A stretch of 64,000 bases of DNA from an uncultured Gemmatimonadales bacterium (GTDB lineage Bacteria > Gemmatimonadota > Gemmatimonadetes > Gemmatimonadales > GWC2-71-9): NCBI GenBank assembly GCA_963728705.1, contig CAVSLY010000017.1, forward strand, positions 58,702 through 122,701, given 5' to 3'. Each line of letters opens with the position of its first letter. Position 1 is the stretch's first letter. The notes under the pieces are model-generated. The model was not told the origin of the DNA, did no database searches, and was given only the letters and a program-made list of their open reading frames with translations. A program made the translations under genes and the position numbers. Of the stretch, positions 9,947 through 19,915 are shown piece by piece.

Positions 9947-10081
9947 GGCGGTCAGACGGACGGACGGTCGAACGATCAGAGCGCCAGACTATGAAGCACG
10001 CGAGCACCAGCTTCCGGCCGGCGCAAGCTGACCGTCCGGCCGTCCGACTGTCCGTCCCCTGTTCCGCAACCTCCCGTCCCC
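9947..10081. repeat. GACGG/CCGTC-rich imperfect inverted repeat tract (family 3)
   Basis: ggcggtcagacggacggacggtcg (9947-9970) faces ctgaccgtccggccgtccgactgtccgtcccc (10028-10059), with ctcccgtcccc at 10071-10081. Sits in the divergent gap between the PorX-like gene and the heptosyltransferase gene. Confidence 0.7.
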
Positions 10082-10097
10082 GCGTACATTACCGGCC

Positions 10098-11123
10098 GTG
10101 ACGTACAACTCCTTCCTGTCCCCCGACATTTTGGTGGTGCGGTTCAGCTCGATCGGCGACATCCTGCTGACGACCCCCCTCCTGCGAGCGATCCGCACCA
10201 AGTGGCCCGGGGCCCGGGTAACCGTGCTGACGAAGCGCCAGTACGTCTCGCTCGTGAGCGACAACCCGAACGTCACCGAGGCGTTCGGGATCGGACCGCA
10301 GCAGCGGATCCGGAGCGTTGCGGCCCAGATCAAGTCCGTGAAGTACTCGCACATCCTCGACCTGCAGGGTGGGCTCCGGACGGTCGCGCTGCGGGTGCTG
10401 GCGCCGGGGCCGTGGTCCGGCTTCTCCCATCGCCGGATGGCGCGGGCGCTGCTCATCCGATTCAAGCACAACACCTACCAGGAGCACGTCCCGGTCGCGG
10501 AGCGGTACTTCGAGGCCGCGACCGACCTGGGAGTCGAGCCCGACAACGGCCCGGCGGAGTTCTTCCTGAACCCCATTGCCGAGGAGCGCGCGGCGGCGTG
10601 GCTCGAGCGGTCCCGGGTGGGCACCAAGCGGGCGCTGGTGGCGATCGCCCCCGGTGCGTCCCACGCCACCAAGCGCTGGCCGATCGAGCACTGGATCAAG
10701 CTGGTCCGCACGATCGTAAACACCGGCGCCGACGTCGTGGCCCTCGGGGGCCCCGGGGATTCGGCGATGGGCGCCGAGATCGCCGCCCGCGGTGGCTCCC
10801 ACGTGGCGAGCGCCGCCGGCGACCTGACCCTGCAGGACACCGGGGGCATTCTCAAGCGTGCCGCCGCACTCATCTCGGGTGACACCGGCGTCATGCACAT
10901 GGCGACGGGCGTCGGCACGCCGGTCGTGGCCTTGTTCGGCCCGACGGTGCGGCAGTTCGGGTTCTTCCCCTACAACGCCCACGCGAGCGTCGTCGAGCGT
11001 AACCTCGACTGCCGCCCCTGTACCAGCCACGGCGGCCCCGAGTGCCCCCTCGAGCACCACCTCTGCATGCGCGAGATTCTGCCCGACATGGTCTTCACGA
11101 CGCTGACACGCACCCTCGCGTGA
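10098..11123 (+). CDS. Glycosyltransferase family 9 (LPS heptosyltransferase-like)
   Basis: ORF of 341 aa. Motifs: ILVVRFSSIGDILLTTPLLRAIR, APGASHATKRWP, and LISGDTGVMHMATGVGTPVVALFGPT, typical of WaaC/WaaF-type GT9. Confidence 0.85.
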   Translation: MTYNSFLSPDILVVRFSSIGDILLTTPLLRAIRTKWPGARVTVLTKRQYVSLVSDNPNVTEAFGIGPQQRIRSVAAQIKSVKYSHILDLQGGLRTVALRVLAPGPWSGFSHRRMARALLIRFKHNTYQEHVPVAERYFEAATDLGVEPDNGPAEFFLNPIAEERAAAWLERSRVGTKRALVAIAPGASHATKRWPIEHWIKLVRTIVNTGADVVALGGPGDSAMGAEIAARGGSHVASAAGDLTLQDTGGILKRAAALISGDTGVMHMATGVGTPVVALFGPTVRQFGFFPYNAHASVVERNLDCRPCTSHGGPECPLEHHLCMREILPDMVFTTLTRTLA

Positions 11124-11147
11124 GCGCCGCCGTGTGAGCGGCTCGGC

Positions 11148-11537
11148 GTGAGCGGGTGGGATCCGGCCGCAACGGCGCTCCTCAACGTCCTGCCGCAGGC
11201 TGCGCGTGGTCCACGGCGCGACGGCATCTTCGCCCTGTGGCTCACGGTCCGGGTCGCCCAGGACCTCGTGCGGGACCCGCCGCCCGCGGACCGAGCCCAC
11301 CGCCGCCGCCTTCAGGCCCTGGAGCACCGGCTCTCAAGCCTCACGGTGGCACCACCGCTCCGGCGCGCCCTCGCCGCCGCCTTGAGCCAATTGAAGGAAG
11401 GGCAGCCCGAAACGGCGGCCCAGGTGCTCAGCCAGCTCGTCGCGCCGGCGCGCGAGGCGGGTGGCGCCGAGGCCGGCGACGCGCTGGCGCAGGCCGCCCG
11501 CGCCGCACGAACCGCCGTTCGTGCGGAGCACCGATGA
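11148..11537 (+). CDS. Hypothetical Ala/Arg-rich protein
   Basis: ORF of 129 aa with a GTG start, sitting between GT9 and the DnaB-like gene. No motif recognised. Coding status rests only on position and length. Confidence 0.4.
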   Translation: MSGWDPAATALLNVLPQAARGPRRDGIFALWLTVRVAQDLVRDPPPADRAHRRRLQALEHRLSSLTVAPPLRRALAAALSQLKEGQPETAAQVLSQLVAPAREAGGAEAGDALAQAARAARTAVRAEHR

Positions 11538-11559
11538 CCTTCGGCCACGTGGAGCGCCC

Positions 11560-12420
11560 GTGACCCGGCGGGATCAGGACGTATCGCTCGAGGGCGTGGT
11601 GGGCCGGATCGACGCGATCGCCCCCGGCTCCACGGCGCCGGATACGGTGCCGAGCGGGTTCCCCTCGCTGGACCGTGTGCTTGGCGGCGGGTTCCGGCGG
11701 CAGGACCTGGTCGTGCTGGGCGGCGACGTGGGAAGCGGGAAGTCCGCGCTGGCGCTGGCGATGGCAGTCCGGGCCGCGCAGGCCGGCATGCCTACGCTCT
11801 ACCTCTCGGGGGAGATGAGTCCGGAGCGCGTGCTCGAGCGGGCGCTTGCGTTCGAGGGCCGGGCGCCGATCGACGACCTGCGCCAGGGCCGGCTCGACGC
11901 GCCCGCGCGGACCGCGGTCGGCGCGGCGGCGGTCCGGCTTCGAGGCATGCCGCTCCTGCTGCGCCCGCTTCTCGGCGCGAGCTTCGACGAAGTCTCGGCA
12001 TCGCTCGACCAGGTTCCCGGCCGGGCGCTCGTGGTGGTGGACGCGCTGCATCTGGCGCCTTCGCCCCTGCCCGCGACTCAGCTGGACGAGCGCATCGCCC
12101 TGGCCGTCCGCGCGCTCAAGGCGCTGGCGATGGAACGCAACCTGGCCGTGCTCGCCCTGGCGCAGCTGCCGGAGCATCATCGGGACCGCGCCGACCCGCG
12201 CCCCACGCTCGACGACCTCGGCGCACTCGGAAGCATCAAGCAGACGGCGGATCTGGTGCTGGGGATTTATCGGGAGGAGATGTACCGGCCGGGCCAGGGC
12301 GTGGAAGGCGCGACGGAGCTCATCATCGCCAAGAACCGCAACGGCCCGACCGGGTTCGTGGATCTGTTCTTCTATCCGAGGTGGCTCAGGTTCGAGGACC
12401 TGCTGGATCCGGAAGGATAG
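11560..12420 (+). CDS. DnaB-like ATPase, C-terminal (RecA-fold) domain only
   Basis: In-frame GTG 11560 within ORF 11461..12420. Motifs: SGFPSLDRVLGGGFRRQDLVVLGGDVGSGKSALALAMA (Walker A), ALVVVDALH (Walker B), LGSIKQTADLVLGIYRE, and IIAKNRNGPTGFVDLFFYPRWLRFEDL (DnaB C-terminal signature). No N-terminal helicase/primase-binding domain. Confidence 0.7.
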   Translation: MTRRDQDVSLEGVVGRIDAIAPGSTAPDTVPSGFPSLDRVLGGGFRRQDLVVLGGDVGSGKSALALAMAVRAAQAGMPTLYLSGEMSPERVLERALAFEGRAPIDDLRQGRLDAPARTAVGAAAVRLRGMPLLLRPLLGASFDEVSASLDQVPGRALVVVDALHLAPSPLPATQLDERIALAVRALKALAMERNLAVLALAQLPEHHRDRADPRPTLDDLGALGSIKQTADLVLGIYREEMYRPGQGVEGATELIIAKNRNGPTGFVDLFFYPRWLRFEDLLDPEG

Positions 12421-12433
12421 GCAGCCAGTCCGC

Positions 12434-12844
12434 TCATGACGCCGGCCTCGCGCCCGCGCTGTCGATCTTGCTCAGCACCGCCCCCGACAACTCGACCGTC
12501 GAGCCCCCGCCCTCGCGCGGTTGAATGCGCACCCAGAGCGGCGGACCGTTCCGCTGGGCGAGGAGTACGGTGGCGCCGTCCGCATCCTTCGCCTCGTTCT
12601 CCAGCTTCCACTGGCCGGTCTTGAACACGGTGCGATAGTAGTCCGCCACCGCGTCCGGGCTGGCCGGCGATCGCAGCGTGATCTGGAGCGCGTCCGGCCC
12701 GCCGGAGCGGCTGACGAAGCTCGGCTGCGGCGGCAGTGGGAGGTTGGGGAGCGCCTCGTTGACCTTGGCCATCTTGGGGGTCTTGTCGCCGCAGGCCGCG
12801 AGGGCCGCGCAGAGGACCAGCCAGCGAATTTTGGTGGGGATCAT
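12434..12844 (-). CDS. Hypothetical lipoprotein
   Basis: ORF of 136 aa. Signal peptide plus lipobox: MIPTKIRWLVLCAALAAC. Confidence 0.6.
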   Translation of the reverse strand: MIPTKIRWLVLCAALAACGDKTPKMAKVNEALPNLPLPPQPSFVSRSGGPDALQITLRSPASPDAVADYYRTVFKTGQWKLENEAKDADGATVLLAQRNGPPLWVRIQPREGGGSTVELSGAVLSKIDSAGARPAS

Positions 12845-12959
12845 AGGGGTGGGAGACTAGCGGAAGGGCGGCCGGGGGTCAAGCCCGCAGGTTTGCCGCA
12901 AACGGCTGTCCCGCTTATGTTTCCGCCTACCAAACCTCGCCCGCATCAAGGAGTTGGCC

Positions 12960-13709
12960 ATGGCCGGCCACAGCAAATGGAAGCAGATCAAGCGCAAGAA
13001 GGCCGTCACCGACGCCCGCCGCGCCTCGTCCTGGACCAAGGTCATCCGCGAGATCACCGTCGCCGCCAGGAGCGGGGGCGGCGACCCCGGCGGCAATCCC
13101 CGGCTCCGCACCGCGATCGACGCGGCCAAGGCGGTGAACATGCCGTGGGACAACATCGACCGGGCGATCAAGAAGGGCACCGGCGAGCTCGAGGGCAGCG
13201 TCTACGAGGAGCTGACCTACGAGGGCTACGGACCCGGCGGCGCCGCGATCTTCATCGAGGCCACGACCGACAACCCGAACCGCACTGTCGCCGAGATCCG
13301 CCACGCCTTCAGCCGGAACGGCGGCAACCTCGGCGCCACCAACTCGGTGGCCTGGATGTTCGACCGGAAGGGACAGATCTATCTCGACGCCGCCAAGTCC
13401 GACGAGGACGCGACGCTCGAGGCCGCGCTCGACGCCGGCGCCGAGGACTTCGCGCGCGAGGGCGACCAGTACATCGTCACCACGGCCCCCGCGGCCTTCC
13501 ACGCGGTGCAGGATGCGCTCGCCGGCCGGAAGCTCGCCATCGAATCGGCCGAGCTCACGATGGTGCCCAAGAACACCGTCCGGGTCGAGGGCGCAGACGC
13601 CGAGCGGATCCTCAAGCTCATGGAGGTGCTCGAGGAGCTCGAGGACGTCTCGCGGGTCTCCTCGAACTTCGACATCGACGCGGCGCAGCTGGCGGAGGCC
13701 GAGGCCTGA
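12960..13709 (+). CDS. yebC: YebC/PmpR family transcriptional regulator
   Basis: MAGHSKWKQIKRKKAVTDARR...NPRLRTAIDAAKAVNMP. ATG 12960 is preceded by AAGGAG (12948-12953). The track ORF starts two codons earlier at a TTG. Confidence 0.9.
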   Translation: MAGHSKWKQIKRKKAVTDARRASSWTKVIREITVAARSGGGDPGGNPRLRTAIDAAKAVNMPWDNIDRAIKKGTGELEGSVYEELTYEGYGPGGAAIFIEATTDNPNRTVAEIRHAFSRNGGNLGATNSVAWMFDRKGQIYLDAAKSDEDATLEAALDAGAEDFAREGDQYIVTTAPAAFHAVQDALAGRKLAIESAELTMVPKNTVRVEGADAERILKLMEVLEELEDVSRVSSNFDIDAAQLAEAEA

Positions 13710-13719
13710 GAGCCCTGCC

Positions 13720-14232
13720 GTGAGAGTGCTGGGCATCGACCCGGGGACGGCCGTCCTCGGGTACGGCGTCGTCGAGAGCGGGCTCGGCCTGCACCCGCGA
13801 CTGCTGGAGTGCGGCACCCTCACGACCACGGCCCGCGATCCCCTGCCGGCCCGCCTCCGCGTGATCCACGACGGCATCACCGCGCTGATCGCGCGCCACG
13901 CGCCCGACGCGGTGGCGGTCGAGAGCGCGTTCTACGGCAAGAACGTGCGGACGACCGTGGTGCTGAGCCACGCGCGCGGCGTCATCCTGCTCGCGGCGGA
14001 GCAGGCGGGAGTCCCGATCGCCGAATACTCGCCGGCGCAGGTGAAGAAGACGGTCGTGGGCCGCGGCGCCGCGCTCAAGCCGCAGGTGGCGTACATGGTG
14101 GCGCAGCTCCTCCGGCTCCGGACGGCGCCCCAGCCGGCCGACGCGGCGGACGGTGTCGCCGTCGCCCTCGCGCACCTGCTCATCGGCACCCGGCAGGCAA
14201 CGTTCTTTCGCCAGGTCACGGGCGCGCGATGA
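13720..14232 (+). CDS. ruvC: Holliday junction resolvase RuvC
   Basis: In-frame GTG 13720 in ORF 13513..14232. Sequence VRVLGIDPGTAVLGYGVVE...AVESAFYGKNVRTT...ADAADGVAVAL. Confidence 0.9.
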   Translation: MRVLGIDPGTAVLGYGVVESGLGLHPRLLECGTLTTTARDPLPARLRVIHDGITALIARHAPDAVAVESAFYGKNVRTTVVLSHARGVILLAAEQAGVPIAEYSPAQVKKTVVGRGAALKPQVAYMVAQLLRLRTAPQPADAADGVAVALAHLLIGTRQATFFRQVTGAR

Positions 14233-14828
14233 TCGCCTCGGTGAGCGGGGTGCTCTCGAGCCGCGCGGGCGACACGATCGTGGTGCAGACCGACGGCGGC
14301 GTGGGCTACGCGGTGACGGTGCCGGCCGGTGTGGCCGAGCGGCTGCCGGCGGCGGGCGGCCGGGTGAGCCTCCACACCGAGCTGGTGGTGAAGGAGGACG
14401 GGTGGTCGCTCTACGGGTTCGACCGTCCGGTGGAGCGGATGGTGTTCCAGCGGCTGCTCGGCGCCAGCGGGTTCGGGCCCAAGCTCGCGCTGGCCCTGCT
14501 CTCGGCGCTCGGGCCGGAGCGAACGGTGCGGAGCGTGCTGGCACGCGACCTCGCGGCGCTCAGCTCGGTGAGCGGCGTCGGGAAGAAGAAGGCGGAGCGG
14601 CTGGTGCTGGAGCTGCAGGACAAGTTCGGCGACGTGTCGCTGGAGTCGCACGCCCCTCGCGCCGCGGGCACCGAGGAGGCAGTGCGCGCGCTGATCGGGC
14701 TGGGCTACGGGCCCGTCGCGGCCGACGACGCGGTGCGGACCGCGCTCGCCGACGGCGCGTCGCAGGAGACCTCGCAACTGATCCGGCGGGCCTTGCAGGA
14801 GCTCGCCGCCGCCCGGGGAGGGCGATGA
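14229..14828 (+). CDS. ruvA: Holliday junction branch migration complex subunit RuvA
   Basis: ATG 14229 (ATGA overlap with the ruvC stop). Sequence MIASVSGVL...LYGF...ERMVFQRLLGASGFGPKLALALLS...VSGVGKKKAERLVLEL. Confidence 0.9.
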   Translation: MIASVSGVLSSRAGDTIVVQTDGGVGYAVTVPAGVAERLPAAGGRVSLHTELVVKEDGWSLYGFDRPVERMVFQRLLGASGFGPKLALALLSALGPERTVRSVLARDLAALSSVSGVGKKKAERLVLELQDKFGDVSLESHAPRAAGTEEAVRALIGLGYGPVAADDAVRTALADGASQETSQLIRRALQELAAARGGR

Positions 14829-15010
14829 CCGTGATGAGCGTGCCCGCCGTGACCGCCGAATGGAACTGCACCCGCTGCGGCAGCACCAACCGCAAGCTGG
14901 TGCCCGCCGACAGCACCAGCACTCGCGACCGCTGCAATCACTGTCGCGCGTGGCACATCGTGGAGCCCGATGATCGGCCGGTGCGCTGGAACGCGCGGCT
15001 GGACGACTGA
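14825..15010 (+). CDS. Small zinc-ribbon protein (61 aa) between ruvA and ruvB
   Basis: ATG 14825 (ATGA overlap with the ruvA stop) in the frame of ORF 14153..15010. Sequence MTVMSVPAVTAEWNCTRCGSTN...RDRCNHCRAWHIV has two CxxC pairs. Confidence 0.5.
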   Translation: MTVMSVPAVTAEWNCTRCGSTNRKLVPADSTSTRDRCNHCRAWHIVEPDDRPVRWNARLDD

Positions 15011-15043
15011 TCCGTGCTGACATCACGAATCGCGGGCATCGGG

Positions 15044-15138
15044 TTCACCACAGAGGCACAGAGGGCACGGAGAACAGCAAGAATCTGTCGTTGCTGTTCA
15101 CCCCAGTTCATGCCTTTCTCTGTGCCTTCTGTGGTGAA
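15044..15138. repeat. Family-1 hairpin repeat: inverted pair of TTCACCACAGAGGCACAGAG units around a central 9-bp hairpin
   Basis: ttcaccacagaggcacagagggcacggag (from 15044) faces the reverse complement ttcaccacagaaggcacagagaaaggcatg (15109-15138). Inner hairpin is gaacagcaa (15072-15080) with ttgctgttc (15091-15099). Lies between the Zn-ribbon ORF and ruvB. Confidence 0.85.
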
Positions 15139-15175
15139 AACCAACACCCGAACCGGCCACTGACGCAGGCATGGC

Positions 15176-16203
15176 ATGAACAGACTGCAGGTCACCACCC
15201 CTGAACCCCTCCCCGAGGAGACCGGCGCCGACGCCGCGCTTCGGCCGTCGCGGCTGGACGAGTTCGTGGGGCAGGAACAGGTGAAGAGCTCGCTGCAGAT
15301 CGCGATCGACGCGGCCAAGGGCCGGCGCGAGACGCTCGACCACACGCTGTTCTTCGGCCCGCCTGGCCTCGGCAAGACCACGCTCGCCATGCTCATGGCG
15401 CGCGAGATGGGCGTGCAGCTCCGCACCACCTCGGGTCCCGTGCTCGAGAAGCCGGGCGACCTCGTCGGCCTGCTCACATCGCTCGGCCCGGGCGACATGC
15501 TCTTCATCGACGAGATCCACCGGATGAAGCCGGCGCTCGAGGAGTTCCTCTACCCGGCCATGGAGGACTACCGGGTAGACGTCCGCATCGCCGATGGCCC
15601 CCACGCGCAGACCATCCCGATGGCGCTCGAGCGCTTCACGCTGATCGGCGCCACGACCCGCTTCGGGCTGCTCACCCCGCCGATGCGCGCGCGCTTCGGG
15701 CTGGTCGAGCGGCTCGGCTTCTATCCGCCCGAGGATCTGCAGCGGATCATCGCCCGCAGCGCGCACGATCCTCCAGGTCCCGACCGACGAGGCCGGCGCC
15801 TCCGAGATCGCCCGCCGGAGCCGCGGCACGCCGCGGGTGGCCAACCGCCTGCTCCGCCGGGTGCGCGACTACGCGCAGGTGAAGGCCGACGGCCGCATCG
15901 ACGCCGCCGTCGCGGCCGCGGCGCTGGCGCGCCTCAACGTGGACGAGTTCGGGCTCGACGACATGGACGCCCGCATCCTCACCACGATCATCGAGAAGTT
16001 CGCGGGCGGCCCCGTGGGGCTCGGCACCGTCGCCGTCGCCGTGGGCGAGGACGCCGGCACGCTGGAAGAAGTCTACGAGCCCTATCTCATCCAGCAGGGC
16101 TTCCTCGAGCGGACGCCCGCGCGGGCGCTGCGCCACGGCGCTCGCGTACCGCCGGTTCGGGCTCACGCCGCCCGCGGCACAGGCGACGATCTTTGACGCC
16201 TGA
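15176..16203 (+). CDS. ruvB: Holliday junction helicase RuvB, reading frame broken twice (~15757-15766 and the CCC run at 16116-16118)
   Basis: ORF 15176.. gives [16 protein letters not shown]...[11 protein letters not shown]...FIDEIHRM up to IIARSA. It continues as [39 protein letters not shown] (ORF 15837..16196). The true tail [30 protein letters not shown] is in a third frame and ends at TGA 16201-16203. Confidence 0.85.
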
Positions 16204-17355
16204 GCGCCTCCGCACCGCCGACTTCGACTACGACCTGCCGCCCGAGCTCATCGCCCAGGAGCCGCTCGCGGACCGGGCCGGGAGCCGGCTGCTGATGGTG
16301 CTCCGGTCCGACCGCCGTATCGGCGCGGCACCGGACCGGCGCACCGCGGAGCGTCCGACCCGCAGCCTCGGCCGCCGTGCCCCGGGCATCCGCTCCACCG
16401 GGATGCCGCCGGCGAGCGCCACTCCGTCGGCGGCGGCGTCCTGGCCGATACCTGGTTCGCCCAACTGGCGTCGCTCATTCCCGCCGGCGACCTGGTCGTC
16501 CTCAACACGACCCGCGTGCGGCACGCCCGCCTGCTCGGCACCCGGCCGTCGGGGGCGCCGGCCGAGGTGCTGCTGATCCATCCGGCGGCGGACGGGCGGC
16601 TGGATCGCGCTCGGGAAGCCGGGGAGCGCGCTGCAGCCGGGCAAGCGCATCGCGCTCGGCGGCGATGTCGCCGTCGAGACGCTCGAGGTGCTGGGCGACG
16701 GGCATCGCCGGGTCGAGTTCGTCGGCGCGACGGCGGAAGAGGCGATCCGCCGATTCGGCCGGCTCCCGCTTCCGCCCTACATCACGCGCGACCCCACCGC
16801 CGCCGATGAGCAGCGCTACCAGACCGTCTACGCGCGGGCCGAGGGCAGCGTCGCCGCGCCGACGGCGGGACTCCACTTCACGGCCGAGCTGCTCGACGCG
16901 CTCACGGCCAAAGGCGTCGCTGGTCTCGGGGCTCGACCTGCAGGTGGGACCCGGCACGTTCAAGCCGGTCGACGCCGACGATCCGGCCGACCATCCCGAT
17001 GCATCCCGAGCGCTACGAGATCTCCGCACGGCTCGCGGGGCTGATCGAGCTCGTCCGCGAACAGGGCGGCCGCATCTGGGCGGTCGGGACCACCGTGGTC
17101 CGCGCGCTCGAGAGCGCTGCTGACTCGGACGGTCGCGTGCGCGCCGGAGCAGGCGAGACCAGGCTCCTGATCACGCCGGGCTATGAGTTCCGGGTGGTGG
17201 ACCGGCTGCTCACCAACTTCCACCTGCCCCGCTCCACCCTGCTCATGCTGGTGAGCGCCTTTGCCGGCCACGAGCTCGCGATGGCGGCCTATGCCCACGC
17301 CGTCGCCGAGCGGTACCGGTTCTACTCCTACGGCGACGCCATGGTGATTCTCTGA
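16193..17355 (+). pseudogene. queA: S-adenosylmethionine:tRNA ribosyltransferase-isomerase QueA, at least four frame disruptions
   Basis: Homologous segments sit in four frames. (1) [34 protein letters not shown]. (2) [28 protein letters not shown]. (3) [16 protein letters not shown]...LPLPPYI...YQTVYA...[13 protein letters not shown]. (4) [13 protein letters not shown]. (5) MHPERYEIS...[12 protein letters not shown]...[15 protein letters not shown]. Switches are near 16300-16400, ~16600, ~16915 and ~16997. Confidence 0.8.
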
Positions 17356-17368
17356 CCCGGAGGACTCG

Positions 17369-17917
17369 ATGACCTTCGCCAATCCCGCCGGTGGCGCCGC
17401 TGCCGCCGCGCCAACCTACGTGCGCGCGCTGCTCGATCTGCTCGGCGACCAGGACCCCCTCGAGATCGCGGGCCAGCTGCCTGCCTTGGCTCGAGCGCCG
17501 CACCGCCGGGCTCGACGACGCGATGCTGCGCCGGCCGGAGGGGCCGGGCAAGTGGTCGACCATCGAGGTGATCCAGCATCTCGCCGACTCCGAGATCGTC
17601 CTGGCCTGGCGCACGCGGCAGATCCTGACCTTTGATCAGCCGGTCATTCAGGGCTACGACCAGGACGCCTGGGCCCGGACGCTTGGTTACGCCACGATGC
17701 CGCTCGATGTGACCCTCGCGCAGCTTCGCGGCGTCCGCACGGCCAACCTTCGGCTCTGGCGCTCGCTCACGCCGGCGGAGCGCGCTCGGGTTGGGCTGCA
17801 CGACGAGCGAGGGCCGGAGAGCATCGACCTGCTCATCCGCCTGATGGGCGCGCACGACCTGGTGCACCGGCGACAGATCGATCGCGTGCTGGCGGCGGCA
17901 GGCGCTCCCGCCCCCTG

Positions 17918-17918
<1 letters not shown>
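17369..17918 (+). CDS. DinB-family (metal-dependent hydrolase-like) protein, one frame disruption near 17485
   Basis: ORF 17369.. (MTFANPAGG...[23 protein letters not shown]) joins ORF 17391..17918 ([38 protein letters not shown]...[10 protein letters not shown]). Confidence 0.65.
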
Positions 17919-19040
<1,122 letters not shown>

Positions 19041-19049
19041 GGAGCAATC

Positions 19050-19382
19050 ATGTTTCAGGCGCCAACTGGTTCGGGTGGAGGCTTCACGGTTCTGCTGCTG
19101 CAGATGGCGGCGATCGGCCTCGTGTTCTACTTCCTGATCCTGCGCCCGTCGGGCCAGGCGCGGAAGAAGCACGCCGAGCTGCTCACCAATCTCAAAAAGG
19201 GCGACGAGGTGATGACCAGCGGCGGGCTGATCGGCAAGGTGCGGGACATCAAGGAGGTCGAGTCCGCCGGCGTGAAGGAGACCCGCGTCACGCTCGAGAC
19301 CGGGACCGCCAGCGTGGTGGTCGAGCGCTCGCGCATCGTGCGGATCGGCGGCGCCTCGGCCCCGGGGGCTCCCGCGGCATGA
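19050..19382 (+). CDS. yajC: Preprotein translocase subunit YajC
   Basis: ORF of 110 aa. Sequence LLLQMAAIGLVFYFLILRPSGQARKKHAELLTNLKKGDEVMTSGGLIGKV. Confidence 0.9.
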   Translation: MFQAPTGSGGGFTVLLLQMAAIGLVFYFLILRPSGQARKKHAELLTNLKKGDEVMTSGGLIGKVRDIKEVESAGVKETRVTLETGTASVVVERSRIVRIGGASAPGAPAA

Positions 19383-19915
19383 GCCTGCTGTCGCTGCACC
19401 TGCTGGGCTCGCCGGTGCTCCGACAGCGGAGCAAGGAAGTCGGCGCCGTCGACGACGAGGTCCGCCGCCTGGTCGACGACATGTACGAGACGATGGACGC
19501 GGCCCGCGGCGTGGGTCTCGCCGCCAACCAGGTCGGGGTGGCACGACGGGTCGCGGTGGTGGACGCCGACGAGGACCGCTTCGAGATGATCGACCCAGTC
19601 ATCCTCGAGAGCGAGGGCCGCGACTCCGCCGAGGAGGGGTGCCTCTCCATCCCGGAGATCTTCGGCGACGTCAGCCGGCCCGAGCGGGTCGTCATCGAGG
19701 CCACCGACCGCGATGGCAACCGCTACCGGAAGGAAGCGATCGGGCTCAAGGCCCGCGCCATCCAGCACGAGATCGACCACCTCGATGGCATCCTCTTCCT
19801 CGACCACCTCAGCCTGATCAAGCGGCAGATGCTGCTCGCCCGCTACCGGCGCGAGCACAAGGATGACTCGGGATACACCAAAGAGGTGCAGCCGGAATCG
19901 GCCAGCTCGGAGTGA
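19379..19915 (+). CDS. def: Peptide deformylase
   Basis: ATG 19379 (ATGA overlap with the yajC stop). Motifs GVGLAANQVG, EGCLSIP, HEIDHLDG. Confidence 0.9.
   Translation: MSLLSLHLLGSPVLRQRSKEVGAVDDEVRRLVDDMYETMDAARGVGLAANQVGVARRVAVVDADEDRFEMIDPVILESEGRDSAEEGCLSIPEIFGDVSRPERVVIEATDRDGNRYRKEAIGLKARAIQHEIDHLDGILFLDHLSLIKRQMLLARYRREHKDDSGYTKEVQPESASSE

Noticed and set aside
8432-9994. 520-aa plus-strand ORF antisense to the PorX-like gene
   Set aside because: Same high-GC shadow-ORF pattern with no motifs. The minus strand encodes an intact receiver-PglZ protein.
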